From: Auanema rhodensis
Lineage: Eukaryota; Animalia; Nematoda
Reading direction: 5' to 3'
Assembly: GCA_964057225.1 (NCBI GenBank)
Contig: OZ059900.1
Location: 2,480,001-2,544,000 of the forward strand
DNA: 64,000 nucleotides
The notes beneath the pieces are model-generated. The model was not told the DNA's origin and did no database searches. It worked only from the letters and a program-made list of their open reading frames with translations. A program made the translations under genes and the position numbers. Shown one piece after another: positions 13,039-28,329 of this stretch (position 1 is the stretch's first letter; each line of letters opens with the position of its first letter).

Positions 13039-16000
13039 ACTACACTAAGTATGGTCGTTTTTATGCCTTTAACACCATATACTCACCGATTTTTGGTACA
13101 AAATCTGTAATACTCGTAAATTTTGATCATATCCGTTAAGATTCGAGAATCAAACACACAATACACGAAATAAGTCTATTTTTATGAGCTTGCACTGATA
13201 TATATTCATTTTGATCAAAAAAGGTCGAAAATAGAAAGAATTTTTGAAATTTCCGAGTTTTGAGTCTAATTTGGCTAAATCGCTCATATATATGATCAAA
13301 AGCATAGTTCTATTGTCTATAACAACAAAAGTCTTTGATTAAACGCTAGTGATGTTTTAATACTGAATTTTGCTCAAATAGCATTACTACACTAAGTATG
13401 GTCGTTTTTATGCCTTTAACACCATATACTCACCGATTTTTGGTACAAAATCTGTGATACTCGTAAATTTTGATCATATTCGGTGAGATTCGAGAATCGA
13501 ACACACAATACACAAAATAAGTCTATTTTTACGAGTTTGCACTGATATTTATTCATTTTGATCAAAAAAGGTCGAAAATAGAAAGAATTTTTGAAATTTC
13601 CGAGTTTTGAGTCTAATTTGGCTAAATCGCTCATATACATGATCAGAAGCATAGTTTTATTGTCTATGACAACAAAAATCATCAATTAAACGCTAGTGAT
13701 GTTTAAATACTGATTTTCGCTCAAATAGCATTACTACACTAAGTATGGTCGTTTTTATGCCTTTAACACCATATACTCACCGATTTTTGGTACAAAATCT
13801 GTAATACTCGTGAATTTTGATCATATTCGTTAAGATTTGAAAATCAAACACACAATAAACAAAATCAGTCTATTTTTACAAGTTTGCACTGATATATATT
13901 CATTTTGATCAAAAAAGGTCAAAAATAGAAAGAATTTTTGAATTTTCCGAGTTTTGAGTCCAATTGGGCTAAATCGCTCATATATATGATCAAAAGCATA
14001 GTTTTACTGTCTATGATAACAAAAGTCTTCAAATATACACTAGTAATGATTAAATCACTGAATTTCACTCAAATAGCTTTACTACACTAAGTATGGTCGT
14101 TTTTATGCCTTTAACACCATATACTCACCGATTTTTGGTACAAAATCTGTAATACTCGTAAATTTTGATCATATCCGTTAAGATTCGAGAATCAAACACA
14201 CAATACACGAAATAAGTCTATTTTTATGAGCTTGCACTGATATATATTCATTTTGATCAAAAAAGGTCGAAAATAGAAAGAATTTTTGAAATTTCCGAGT
14301 TTTGAGTCTAATTTGGCTAAATCGCTCATATATATGATCAAAAGCATAGTTCTATTGTCTATAACAACAAAAGTCTTTGATTAAACGCTAGTGATGTTTT
14401 AATACTGAATTTTGCTCAAATAGCATTACTACACTAAGTATGGTCGTTTTTATGCCTTTAACACCATATACTCACCGATTTTTGGTACAAAATCTGTGAT
14501 ACTCGTAAATTTTGATCATATTCGGTGAGATTCGAGAATCGAACACACAATACACAAAATAAGTCTATTTTTACGAGTTTGCACTGATATTTATTCATTT
14601 TGATCAAAAAAGGTCGAAAATAGAAAGAATTTTTGAAATTTCCGAGTTTTGAGTCTAATTTGGCTAAATCGCTCATATACATGATCAGAAGCATAGTTTT
14701 ATTGTCTATGACAACAAAAATCATCAATTAAACGCTAGTGATGTTTAAATACTGATTTTCGCTCAAATAGCATTACTACACTAAGTATGGTCGTTTTTAT
14801 GCCTTTAACACCATATACTCACCGATTTTTGGTACAAAATCTGTAATACTCGTGAATTTTGATCATATTCGTTAAGATTTGAAAATCAAACACACAATAA
14901 ACAAAATCAGTCTATTTTTACAAGTTTGCACTGATATATATTCATTTTGATCAAAAAAGGTCGAAAATAGAAAGAATTTTTGAATTTTCCGAGTTTTGAG
15001 TCCAATTGGGCTAAATCGCTCATATATATGATCAAAAGCATAGTTTTACTGTCTATGATAACAAAAGTCTTCAAATATACACTAGTAATGATTAAATCAC
15101 TGAATTTCACTCAAATAGCTTTACTACACTAAGTATGGTCGTTTTTATGCCTTTAACACCATATACTCACCGATTTTTGGTACAAAATCTGTAATACTCG
15201 TAAATTTTGATCATATCCGTTAAGATTCGAGAATCAAACACACAATACACGAAATAAGTCTATTTTTATGAGCTTGCACTGATATATATTCATTTTGATC
15301 AAAAAAGGTCGAAAATAGAAAGAATTTTTGAAATTTCCGAGTTTTGAGTCTAATTTGGCTAAATCGCTCATATATATGATCAAAAGCATAGTTCTATTGT
15401 CTATAACAACAAAAGTCTTTGATTAAACGCTAGTGATGTTTTAATACTGAATTTTGCTCAAATAGCATTACTACACTAAGTATGGTCGTTTTTATGCCTT
15501 TAACACCATATACTCACCGATTTTTGGTACAAAATCTGTGATACTCGTAAATTTTGATCATATTCGGTGAGATTCGAGAATCGAACACACAATACACAAA
15601 ATAAGTCTATTTTTACGAGTTTGCACTGATATTTATTCATTTTGATCAAAAAAGGTCGAAAATAGAAAGAATTTTTGAAATTTCCGAGTTTTGAGTCTAA
15701 TTTGGCTAAATCGCTCATATACATGATCAGAAGCATAGTTTTATTGTCTATGACAACAAAAATCATCAATTAAACGCTAGTGATGTTTAAATACTGATTT
15801 TCGCTCAAATAGCATTACTACACTAAGTATGGTCGTTTTTATGCCTTTAACACCATATACTCACCGATTTTTGGTACAAAATCTGTAATACTCGTGAATT
15901 TTGATCATATTCGTTAAGATTTGAAAATCAAACACACAATAAACAAAATCAGTCTATTTTTACAAGTTTGCACTGATATATATTCATTTTGATCAAAAAA

Positions 16001-19000
16001 GGTCAAAAATAGAAAGAATTTTTGAATTTTCCGAGTTTTGAGTCCAATTGGGCTAAATCGCTCATATATATGATCAAAAGCATAGTTTTACTGTCTATGA
16101 TAACAAAAGTCTTCAAATATACACTAGTAATGATTAAATCACTGAATTTCACTCAAATAGCTTTACTACACTAAGTATGGTCGTTTTTATGCCTTTAACA
16201 CCATATACTCACCGATTTTTGGTACAAAATCTGTAATACTCGTAAATTTTGATCATATCCGTTAAGATTCGAGAATCAAACACACAATACACGAAATAAG
16301 TCTATTTTTATGAGCTTGCACTGATATATATTCATTTTGATCAAAAAAGGTCGAAAATAGAAAGAATTTTTGAAATTTCCGAGTTTTGAGTCTAATTTGG
16401 CTAAATCGCTCATATATATGATCAAAAGCATAGTTCTATTGTCTATAACAACAAAAGTCTTTGATTAAACGCTAGTGATGTTTTAATACTGAATTTTGCT
16501 CAAATAGCATTACTACACTAAGTATGGTCGTTTTTATGCCTTTAACACCATATACTCACCGATTTTTGGTACAAAATCTGTGATACTCGTAAATTTTGAT
16601 CATATTCGTTAAGATTTGAGAATCAAACATACAATACACAAAATCAGTCTATTTTTATGAGCTTGCACTGATATATATTCATTTTGATCAAAAAAGGTCG
16701 AAAATAGAAAGAATTTTTGAAATTTCCGAGTTTTGAGTCTAATTTGGCTAAATCGCTCATATATATGATCAAAAGCATAGTTTTACTGTCTATGATAACA
16801 AAAGTCTTCAAATATACACTAATAATGATTAAATCACTGATTTTCAGTCAAATAGCATTACTACACTAAGTATGGTCGTTTTTATGCCTTTAACACCATA
16901 TACTCACCGATTTTTGGTTCAAAATCTGTAATACTTGTAAATTTTGATCATATTTGTTAAGATTCGAGAATCAAACACATAATACACGAAATAAGTCTAT
17001 TTTTACAAGTTTGCACTGATATTTATTCATTTTGATCAAAAAAGGTCGAAAATAGAAAGAATTTTTGAAATTTCCGAGTTTTGAGTCCAATTTGGCTAAA
17101 TCGCTCATATATAAGATCAAAAGCATAGTTTTATTGTCTATAACAACAAAAGTCATCAATTAAACGCTAGTGATATTTAAATACTGATTTTCGCTCAAGT
17201 AGCATTACTACACTAAGTATGGTCGTTTTTATGCCTTTAACACCATATACTCACCGATTTTTGGTACAAAATCTGTAATACTTGTAAATTTTGATCATAT
17301 TCGTTAAGATTTGAGAATCGAACATACAATACACAAAATCAGTCTATTTTTACAAGTTTGCACTGATATTTATTCATTTTGATCAAAAAAGGTCGAAAAT
17401 AGAAAGAATTTTTGAAATTTCCGAGTTTTGAGTCCAATTTGGCTAAATCGCTCATATATATGATCAAAAGCATAGTTTTATTGTCTATGACAACAAAAGT
17501 CATCAATTAAACGCTAGTGATATTTAAATACTGATTTTCGCTCAAGTAGCATTACTACACTAAGTATGGTCGTTTTTATGCCTTTAACACCATATACTCA
17601 CCGATTTTTGGTACAAAATCTGTAATACTCGTAAAATTTGATCATATTTGTTAAGATTTGAGAATCAAACACACAATACACAAAATCAGTCTATTTTTAT
17701 GAGTTTACACTGATATATATTCATTTTCATCAAAAAAGGTCGAAAATAGAAAGAATTTTTGAATTTTCCGAGTTTTGAGTCGAATTGGGCTAAATCGCTC
17801 ATATATATGATCAAAAGCATAGTTTTACTGTCTATGATAACAAAAGTCTTCAAATATACACTAATAATGATTAAATCACTGAATTTCACTCAAATAGCAT
17901 TACTACACTAAGTATGGTCGTTTTTATGCCTTTAACACCATATACTCACCGATTTTTGGTACAAAATCTGTAATACTTGTAAATTTTGATCATATTTGTT
18001 AAGATTCGAGAATCAAACACATAATACACAAAATAAGTCTATTTTTACAAGTTTGCACTGATATTTATTCATTTTGATCAAAAAAGGTCGAAAATAGAAA
18101 GAATTTTTGAAATTTCCGAGTTTTGAGTCGAATTGGGCTAAATCGCTCATATATATGATCAAAAGCATAGTTTTACTGTCTATGATAACAAAAGTCTTCA
18201 AATATACACTAATAATGATTAAATCACTGAATTTCACTCAAATAGCATTACTACACTAAGTATGATCGTTTTTATGCCTTTAACACCATATACTCACCGA
18301 TTTTTGGTACAAAATCTGTAATACTTGTAAATTTTGATCATATTTGTTAAGATTCGAGAATCAAACACATAATACACAAAATAAGTCTATTTTTACAAGT
18401 TTGCACTGATATTTATTCATTTTGATCAAAAAAGGTCGAAAATAGAAAGAATTTTTGAAATTTCCGAGTTTTGAGTCCAATTTGGCTAAATCGCTCATAT
18501 ATATGATCAAAAGCATAGTTTTATTGTCTATAACAACAAAAGTCATCAATTAAACGCTAGTGATGTTTAAATACTGAACTTCGCTCAAATAGCATTACTA
18601 CACTAAGTATGGTCGTTTTTATGCCTTTAACACCATATACTCACCGATTTTTGGTACAAAATCTGTAATACTCGTAAATTTTGATCATATTCGTTAAGAT
18701 TTGAGAATCAAACATACAATACACAAAATCAGTCTATTTTTATGAGCTTGCACTGATATATATTCATTTTGATCAAAAAAGGTCGAAAATAGAAAGAATT
18801 TTTGAAATTTCCGAGTTTTGAGTCTAATTTGGCTAAATCGCTCATATATATGATCAAAAGCATAGTTTTATTGTCTATAACAACAAAAGTCATCAATTAA
18901 ACGCTAGTGATGTTTAAATACTGAATTTCGCTCAAGTAGCATTACTACACTAAGTATGGTCGTTTTTATGCCTTTAACACCATATACTCACCGATTTTTG

Positions 19001-22000
19001 GTACAAAATCTGTAATACTCGTAAAATTTGATCATATTTGTTAAGATTTGAGAATCAAACACACAATACACAAAATCAGTCTATTTTTATGAGTTTACAC
19101 TGATATATATTCATTTTCATCAAAAAAGGTCGAAAATAGAAAGAATTTTTGAATTTTCCGAGTTTTGAGTCGAATTGGGCTAAATCGCTCATATATATGA
19201 TCAAAAGCATAGTTTTACTGTCTATGATAACAAAAGTCTTCAAATATACACTAATAATGATTAAATCACTGAATTTCACTCAAATAGCATTACTACACTA
19301 AGTATGGTCGTTTTTATGCCTTTAACACCATATACTCACCGATTTTTGGTACAAAATCTGTAATACTTGTAAATTTTGAACTTATTTGTTAAGATTCGAG
19401 AATCAAACACATAATACACAAAATAAGTCTATTTTTACAAGTTTGCACTGATATTTATTCATTTTGATCAAAAAAGGTCGAAAATAGAAAGAATTTTTGA
19501 AATTTCCGAGTTTTGAGTCCAATTTGGCTAAATCGCTCATATATATGATCAAAAGCATAGTTTTATTGTCTATAACAACAAAAGTCATCAATTAAACGCT
19601 AGTGATGTTTAAATACTGAATTTCGCTCAAATAGCATTACTACACTAAGTATGGTCGTTTTTATGCCTTTAACACCATATACTCACCGATTTTTGGTACA
19701 AAATCTGTAATACTCGTAAATTTTGATCATATTCGTTAAGATTTGAGAATCAAACATACAATACACAAAATCAGTCTATTTTTATGAGCTTGCACTGATA
19801 TATATTCATTTTGATCAAAAAAGGTCGAAAATAGAAAGAATTTTTGAAATTTCCGAGTTTTGAGTCTAATTTGGCTAAATCGCTCATATATATGATCAAA
19901 AGCATAGTTTTATTGTCTATGACAACAAAAGTCATCAATTAAACGCTAGTGATGTTTAAATACTGAATTTCGCTCAAATAGCATTACTACACTAAGTATG
20001 GTCGTTTTTATGCCTTTAACACCATATACTCACCGATTTTTGGTACAAAATCTGTAATACTCGTAAATTTTGATCATATTCGGTGAGATTCGAGAATCAA
20101 ACACACAATACACGAAATAAGTTTATTTTGACGAGTTTGCACTGGTATTTATTCATTTTGATCAAAAAAGGTCGAAAATAGAAAGAATTTTTGAATTTTC
20201 CGAGTTTTGAGTCCAATTTGGCTAAATCGCTCATATATATGATCAAAAGCATAGTTTTACTGTCTATGATAACAAAAGTCTTCAAATATACACTAATAAT
20301 GATTGAATCACTGAATTTCACTCAAATAGCATTACTACACTAAGTATGGTCGTTTTTATGCCTTTAACACCATATACTCACCGATTTTTGGTACAAAATC
20401 TGTGATACTCGTAAATTTTGATCATATTTGGTGAGATTCGAGAATCGAACACACAATACACAAAATAAGTCTATTTTTACGAGTTTGCACTGATATTTAT
20501 TCATTTTGATCAAAAAAGGTCGAAAATAGAAAGAATTTTTGAAATTTCCGAGTTTTGAGTCTAATTTGGCTAAATCGCTCATATATATGATCAAAAGCAT
20601 AGTTTTACTGTCTATGATAACAAAAGTCTTCAAATATACACTAATAATGTGTAAATCACTGAATTTCACTCAAATAGCTTTACTACACTAAGTATGGTCG
20701 TTTTTATGCCTTTAACACCATATACTCACCGATTTTTGGTACAAAATCTGTAATACTCGTAAATTTTGATCATATTCGTTAAGATTCGAGAATCAAACAC
20801 ACAATACACGAAATAAGTTTATTTTTACGAGTTTGCACTGATATTTATTCATTTTGATCAAAAAAGGTCGAAAATAGAAAGAATTTTTGAATTTTCCGAG
20901 TTTTGAGTCCAATTGGGCTAAATCGCTCATATATATGATCAAAAGCATAGTTTCACTGTCTATGATAACAAAAGTCTTCAAATATACACTAGTAATGATT
21001 AAATCACTGAATTTCACTCGAATAGCTTTACTACACTAAGTATGGTCGTTTTTATGCCTTTAACACCATATACTCACCGATTTTTGGTACAAAATCTGTG
21101 ATACTCGTAAATTTTGATCATATTTGGTGAGATTCGAGAATCAAACACACAATACACGAAATAAGTTTATTTTTACGAGTTTGCACTGATATTTATTCAT
21201 TTTGATCAAAAAAGGTCGAAAATAGAAAGAATTTTTGAATTTTCCGAGTTTTGAGTCCAATTGGGCTAAATCGCTCATATATATGATCAAAAGCATAGTT
21301 TCACTGTCTATGATAACAAAAGTCTTCAAATATACACTAGTAATGATTAAATCACTGAATTTCACTCAAATAGCATTACTACACTAAGTATGGTCGTTTT
21401 TATGCCTTTAACACCATATACTCACCGATTTTTGGTACAAAATCTGTAATACTTGTAAATTTTGATCATATTCGTTAAGATTTGAGAATCAAACATACAA
21501 TACACAAAATCAGTCTATTTTTACAAGTTTGCACTGATATTTATTCATTTTGATCAAAAAAGGTCGAAAATAGAAAGAATTTTTGAATTTTCCGAGTTTT
21601 GAGTCCAATTGGGCTAAATCGCTCATATATATGATCAAAAGCATAGTTTCACTGTCTATGATAACAAAAGTCTTCAAATATACACTAGTAATGATTAAAT
21701 CACTGAATTTCACTCAAATAGCTTTACTACACTAAGTATGGTCGTTTTTATGCCTTTAACACCATATACTCACCGATTTTTGGTACAAAATCTGTAATAC
21801 TCGTAAATTTTGATCATATCCGTTAAGATTCGAGAATCAAACACACAATACACGAAATAAGTTTATTTTTACGAGTCTGCACTGATATTTATTCATTTTG
21901 ATCAAAAAAGGTCGAAAATAGAAAGAATTTTTGAAATTTCCGAGTTTTGAGTCTAATTTGGCTAAATCGCTCATATATATGATCAAAAGCATAGTTTTAC

Positions 22001-23943
22001 TGTCTATGATAACAAAAGTCTTCAAATATACACTAGTAATGATTAAATCACTGAATTTCACTCAAATAGCTTTACTACACTAAGTATGGTCGTTTTTATG
22101 CCTTTAACACCATATACTCACCGATTTTTGGTTCAAAATCTGTAATACTTGTAAATTTTGATCATATTTGTTAAGATTCGAGAATCAAACACATAATACA
22201 CGAAATAAGTCTATTTTTACAAGTTTGCACTGATATTTATTCATTTTGATCAAAAAAGGTCGAAAATAGAAAGAATTTTTGAAATTTCCGAGTTTTGAGT
22301 CCAATTTGGCTAAATCGCTCATATATAAGATCAAAAGCATAGTTTTATTGTCTATAACAACAAAAGTCATCAATTAAACGCTAGTGATATTTAAATACTG
22401 ATTTTCGCTCAAGTAGCATTACTACACTAAGTATGGTCGTTTTTATGCCTTTAACACCATATACTCACCGATTTTTGGTACAAAATCTGTAATACTTGTA
22501 AATTTTGATCATATTCGTTAAGATTTGAGAATCGAACATACAATACACAAAATCAGTCTATTTTTACAAGTTTGCACTGATATTTATTCATTTTGATCAA
22601 AAAAGGTCGAAAATAGAAAGAATTTTTGAAATTTCCGAGTTTTGAGTCCAATTTGGCTAAATCGCTCATATATATGATCAAAAGCATAGTTTTATTGTCT
22701 ATGACAACAAAAGTCATCAATTAAACGCTAGTGATATTTAAATACTGATTTTCGCTCAAGTAGCATTACTACACTAAGTATGGTCGTTTTTATGCCTTTA
22801 ACACCATATACTCACCGATTTTTGGTACAAAATCTGTAATACTCGTAAAATTTGATCATATTTGTTAAGACTTGAGAATCAAACACACAATACACAAAAT
22901 CAGTCTATTTTTATGAGTTTACACTGATATATCTTCATTTTCATCAAAAAAGGTCGAAAATAGAAAGAATTTTTGAATTTTCCGAGTTTTGAGTCGAATT
23001 GGGCTAAATCGCTCATATATATGATCAAAAGCATAGTTTTACTGTCTATGATAACAAAAGTCTTCAAATATACACTAATAATGATTAAATCACTGAATTT
23101 CACTCAAATAGCATTACTACACTAAGTATGGTCGTTTTTATGCCTTTAACACCATATACTCACCGATTTTTGGTACAAAATCTGTAATACTTGTAAATTT
23201 TGATCATATTTGTTAAGATTCGAGAATCAAACACATAATACACAAAATAAGTCTATTTTTATGAGCTTGCACTGATATATATTCATTTTGATCAAAAAAG
23301 GTCGAAAATAGAAAGAATTTTTGAAATTTCCGAGTTTTGAGTCTAATTTGGCTAAATCGCTCATATATATGATCAAAAGCATAGTTTTATTGTCTATAAC
23401 AACAAAAGTCATCAATTAAACGCTAGTGATGTTTAAATACTGAATTTCGCTCAAGTAGCATTACTACACTAAGTATGGTCGTTTTTATGCCTTTAACACC
23501 ATATACTCACCGATTTTTGGTACAAAATCTGTAATACTCGTAAAATTTGATCATATTTGTTAAGATTTGAGAATCAAACACACAATACACAAAATCAGTC
23601 TATTTTTATGAGTTTACACTGATATATATTCATTTCCATCAAAAAAGGTCGAAAATAGAAAGAATTTTTGAATTTTCCGAGTTTTGAGTCGAATTGGGCT
23701 AAATCGCTCATATATATGATCAAAAGCATAGTTTTACTGTCTATGATAACAAAAGTCTTCAAATATACACTAATAATGATTAAATCACTGAATTTCACTC
23801 AAATAGCATTACTACACTAAGTATGGTCGTTTTTATGCCTTTAACACCATATACTCACCGATTTTTGGTACAAAATCTGTAATACTTGTAAATTTTGAAC
23901 TTATTTGTTAAGATTCGAGAATCAAACACATAATACACAAAAT
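12689..23943 (+). repeat. Large block duplication, copy 2 (includes the second trimer HOR cluster, 12691-16511)
   Basis: Matches 874-12128. First flanking mismatches are at 873/12688 and 12129/23944. Confidence 0.93.
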
Positions 23944-25171
23944 AAGTCTATTTTTACAAGTTTGCACTGATATTTATTCATTTTGATCAAAAAAGGTCGA
24001 AAATAGAAAGAATTTTTGAAATTTCCGAGTTTTGAGTCTAATTTGGCTAAATCGCTCATATATATGATCAAAAGCATAGTTTTATTGTCTATGACAACAA
24101 AAGTCATCAATTAAACGCTAGTGATGTTTAAATACTGAATTTCGCTCAAATAGCATTACTACACTAAGTATGGTCGTTTTTATGCCTTTAACACCATATA
24201 CTCACCGATTTTTGGTACAAAATCTGTAATACTCGTAAATTTTGTTCATATTCGGTGAGATTCGAGAATCAAACACACAATACACGAAATAAGTTTATTT
24301 TGACGAGTTTGCACTGGTATTTATTCATTTTGATCAAAAAAGGTCGAAAATAGAAAGAATTTTTGAAATTTCCGAGTTTTGAGTCCAATTTGGCTAAATC
24401 GCTCATATATAAGATCAAAAGCATAGTTTTATTGTCTATAACAACAAAAGTCATCAATTAAACGCTAGTGATATTTAAATACTGATTTTCGCTCAAGTAG
24501 CATTACTACACTAAGTATGGTCGTTTTTATGCCTTTAACACCATATACTCACCGATTTTTGGTACAAAATCTGTAATACTTGTAAATTTTGATCATATTC
24601 GTTAAGATTTGAGAATCGAACATACAATACACAAAATCAGTCTATTTTTACAAGTTTGCACTGATATTTATTCATTTTGATCAAAAAAGGTCGAAAATAG
24701 AAAGAATTTTTGAAATTTCCGAGTTTTGAGTCCAATTTGGCTAAATCGCTCATATATATGATCAAAAGCATAGTTTTATTGTCTATGACAACAAAAGTCA
24801 TCAATTAAACGCTAGTGATATTTAAATACTGATTTTCGCTCAAGTAGCATTACTACACTAAGTATGGTCGTTTTTATGCCTTTAACACCATATACTCACC
24901 GATTTTTGGTACAAAATCTGTAATACTCGTAAAATTTGATCATATTTGTTAAGACTTGAGAATCAAACACACAATACACAAAATCAGTCTATTTTTATGA
25001 GTTTACACTGATATATCTTCATTTTCATCAAAAAAGGTCGAAAATAGAAAGAATTTTTGAATTTTCCGAGTTTTGAGTCGAATTGGGCTAAATCGCTCAT
25101 ATATATGATCAAAAGCATAGTTTTACTGTCTATGATAACAAAAGTCTTCAAATATACACTAATAATGATTA

Positions 25172-28127
25172 AATCACTGAATTTCACTCAAATAGCATTA
25201 CTACACTAAGTATGGTCGTTTTTATGCCTTTAACACCATATACTCACCGATTTTTGGTACAAAATCTGTGATACTCGTAAATTTTGATCATATTTGGTGA
25301 GATTCGAGAATCGAACACACAATACACAAAATAAGTCTATTTTTACGAGTTTGCACTGATATTTATTCATTTTGATCAAAAAAGGTCGAAAATAGAAAGA
25401 ATTTTTGAAATTTCCGAGTTTTGAGTCTAATTTGGCTAAATCGCTCATATATATGATCAAAAGCATAGTTTTACTGTCTATGATAACAAAAGTCTTCAAA
25501 TATACACTAATAATGTGTAAATCACTGAATTTCACTCAAATAGCTTTACTACACTAAGTATGGTCGTTTTTATGCCTTTAACACCATATACTCACCGATT
25601 TTTGGTACAAAATCTGTAATACTCGTAAATTTTGATCATATTCGTTAAGATTCGAGAATCAAACACACAATACACGAACTAAGTTTATTTTTACGAGTTT
25701 GCACTGATATTTATTCATTTTGATCAAAAAAGGTCGAAAATAGAAAGAATTTTTGAATTTTCCGAGTTTTGAGTCCAATTGGGCTAAATCGCTCATATAT
25801 ATGATCAAAAGCATAGTTTCACTGTCTATGATAACAAAAGTCTTCAAATATACACTAGTAATGATTAAATCACTGAATTTCACTCAAATAGCTTTACTAC
25901 ACTAAGTATGGTCGTTTTTATGCCTTTAACACCATATACTCACCGATTTTTGGTACAAAATCTGTGATACTCGTAAATTTTGATCATATTTGGTGAGATT
26001 CGAGAATCAAACACACAATACACGAAATAAGTTTATTTTTACGAGTTTGCACTGATATTTATTCATTTTGATCAAAAAAGGTCGAAAATAGAAAGAATTT
26101 TTGAATTTTCCGAGTTTTGAGTCCAATTGGGCTAAATCGCTCATATATATGATCAAAAGCATAGTTTCACTGTCTATGATAACAAAAGTCTTCAAATATA
26201 CACTAGTAATGATTAAATCACTGAATTTCACTCAAATAGCATTACTACACTAAGTATGGTCGTTTTTATGCCTTTAACACCATATACTCACCGATTTTTG
26301 GTACAAAATCTGTAATACTTGTAAATTTTGATCATATTCGTTAAGATTTGAGAATCAAACATACAATACACAAAATCAGTCTATTTTTACAAGTTTGCAC
26401 TGATATTTATTCATTTTGATCAAAAAAGGTCGAAAATAGAAAGAATTTTTGAATTTTCCGAGTTTTGAGTCCAATTGGGCTAAATCGCTCATATATATGA
26501 TCAAAAGCATAGTTTCACTGTCTATGATAACAAAAGTCTTCAAATATACACTAGTAATGATTAAATCACTGAATTTCACTCAAATAGCTTTACTACACTA
26601 AGTATGGTCGTTTTTATGCCTTTAACACCATATACTCACCGATTTTTGGTACAAAATCTGTAATACTCGTAAATTTTGATCATATCCGTTAAGATTCGAG
26701 AATCAAACACACAATACACGAAATAAGTTTATTTTTACGAGTCTGCACTGATATTTATTCATTTTGATCAAAAAAGGTCGAAAATAGAAAGAATTTTTGA
26801 AATTTCCGAGTTTTGAGTCTAATTTGGCTAAATCGCTCATATATATGATCAAAAGCATAGTTTTACTGTCTATGATAACAAAAGTCTTCAAATATACACT
26901 AGTAATGATTAAATCACTGAATTTCACTCAAATAGCTTTACTACACTAAGTATGGTCGTTTTTATGCCTTTAACACCATATACTCACCGATTTTTGGTTC
27001 AAAATCTGTAATACTTGTAAATTTTGATCATATTTGTTAAGATTCGAGAATCAAACACATAATACACGAAATAAGTCTATTTTTACAAGTTTGCACTGAT
27101 ATTTATTCATTTTGATCAAAAAAGGTCGAAAATAGAAAGAATTTTTGAAATTTCCGAGTTTTGAGTCCAATTTGGCTAAATCGCTCATATATAAGATCAA
27201 AAGCATAGTTTTATTGTCTATAACAACAAAAGTCATCAATTAAACGCTAGTGATATTTAAATACTGATTTTCGCTCAAGTAGCATTACTACACTAAGTAT
27301 GGTCGTTTTTATGCCTTTAACACCATATACTCACCGATTTTTGGTACAAAATCTGTAATACTTGTAAATTTTGATCATATTCGTTAAGATTTGAGAATCG
27401 AACATACAATACACAAAATCAGTCTATTTTTACAAGTTTGCACTGATATTTATTCATTTTGATCAAAAAAGGTCGAAAATAGAAAGAATTTTTGAAATTT
27501 CCGAGTTTTGAGTCCAATTTGGCTAAATCGCTCATATATATGATCAAAAGCATAGTTTTATTGTCTATGACAACAAAAGTCATCAATTAAACGCTAGTGA
27601 TATTTAAATACTGATTTTCGCTCAAGTAGCATTACTACACTAAGTATGGTCGTTTTTATGCCTTTAACACCATATACTCACCGATTTTTGGTACAAAATC
27701 TGTAATACTTGTAAAATTTGATCATATTTGTTAAGACTTGAGAATCAAACACACAATACACAAAATCAGTCTATTTTTATGAGTTTACACTGATATATCT
27801 TCATTTTCTTCAAAAAAGGTCGAAAATAGAAAGAATTTTTGAATTTTCCGAGTTTTGAGTCGAATTGGGCTAAATCGCTCATATATATGATCAAAAGCAT
27901 AGTTTTACTGTCTATGATAACAAAAGTCTTCAAATATACACTAATAATGATTAAATCACTGAATTTCACTCAAATAGCATTACTACACTAAGTATGGTCG
28001 TTTTTATGCCTTTAACACCATATACTCACCGATTTTTGGTACAAAATCTGTAATACTTGTAAATTTTGATCATATTTGTTAAGATTCGAGAATCAAACAC
28101 ATAATACACAAAATAAGTCTATTTTTA
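25172..28127 (+). repeat. Duplicate of 20306-23261 (about 8.5 monomers; offset 4866 bp = 14 monomers)
   Basis: ORF pairs 20364/25230, 20793/25659, 21141/26007, 21510/26376, 21837/26703, 22185/27051 and 22900/27766. Four differences seen (25679, 25886, 27710, 27809). Confidence 0.9.
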
Positions 28128-28329
28128 CAAGTTTGCACTGATATTTATTCATTTTGATCAAAAAAGGTCGAAAATAGAAAGAATTTTTGAAATTTCCGAG
28201 TTTTGAGTCCAATTTGGCTAAATCGCTCATATATATGATCAAAAGCATAGTTTTATTGTCTATAACAACAAAAGTCATCAATTAAACGCTAGTGATGTTT
28301 AAATACTGAACTTCGCTCAAATAGCATTA

